From: Acidobacteriota bacterium | GTDB lineage: Bacteria; Acidobacteriota; Polarisedimenticolia; Polarisedimenticolales; JAIQFR01 | Reading direction: 5' to 3' | DNA: 64,000 nucleotides | Assembly: GCA_041494445.1 (NCBI GenBank) | Contig: JBGQAU010000001.1 | Location: 24,797-88,796, forward strand | Shown: positions 63,959-64,000 of the stretch, piece after piece | Layout: every line of letters starts with the position of its first letter | Numbering within the stretch: position 1 is the first letter of the stretch | Position numbers and translations under genes: made by a program | Notes under the pieces: generated by a model | Seen by the model: only the letters and a program-made list of their open reading frames with translations | The model's database searches: none | Told to the model about the DNA's origin: nothing

Positions 63959-64000
63959 CCGTGCGAGCGAGCAAGGTCGCGGAGCCCGGCGGTCCGCAGC
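63955..64000 (+). CDS. Start of a further gene (3' end outside the window), function not assignable
   Basis: ATG 63955 overlaps the preceding stop (ATGA). Only MTVRASKVAEPGGPQ is visible. It resembles N-termini of quinone oxidoreductase/MDR proteins, but that is a guess. Confidence 0.35.
   Translation, partial: MTVRASKVAEPGGPQ

Noticed and set aside
1-64000. Looked for rRNA, tRNA, CRISPR arrays, transposases, integrases and phage genes
   Set aside because: Every intergenic gap is under 370 nt. None shows a tRNA-like cloverleaf sequence or regularly spaced direct repeats, and no ORF translation resembles a transposase or integrase. This is a by-eye screen only; tRNAscan and Rfam scans would be definitive.

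Overview
Very GC-rich (by eye about 70%) bacterial chromosomal segment, tightly packed with about 55 protein-coding genes. I saw no rRNA, tRNA, CRISPR array, transposase or integrase. All family calls come from reading the ORF translations for motifs; no searches or computations were run, and the lineage cannot be determined from sequence alone. In this GC range all six frames carry long Arg/Pro/Gly-rich ORFs, so many ORF-track entries are artefacts. Several real genes are shorter than their ORF, and I re-picked their starts. The dominant theme is peptide and amino-acid scavenging and catabolism: M24, M28, S1, M2 (ACE-like) and M19 peptidases, gamma-glutamyltranspeptidase, a penicillin/AHL-acylase homolog, an exported DUF1028, two OPT oligopeptide transporters, glutamate dehydrogenase and 2-oxoacid:ferredoxin oxidoreductase KorAB. 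Housekeeping genes include mutY (partial), dus, rne, pgi, mtgA and modABC. Small accessory inserts with visibly lower GC are a mazEF pair and an overlapping DUF4160/DUF2442 pair. The most interesting candidates for undescribed biology are four. (1) A four-gene minus-strand operon (34100-38360) encodes a MIO-lyase homolog whose MIO triad is Ala-Cys-Gly rather than Ala-Ser-Gly, a Tat-exported DUF362 protein, a secreted unknown protein and a DUF2284 metal-binding protein; a heavily structured 365-bp leader precedes it. (2) An ECF sigma / small membrane protein / two TonB-C-domain proteins operon sits divergent from a 746-aa secreted protein with 12 copies of an unrecognised DxxGxDxY repeat of about 27 residues. 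(3) An HPr-kinase-like P-loop protein is divergent from a MobA-like nucleotidyltransferase plus cupin. (4) Three unrelated long intergenic inverted-repeat elements lie at 38510-38716, 50440-50535 and 58110-58280.
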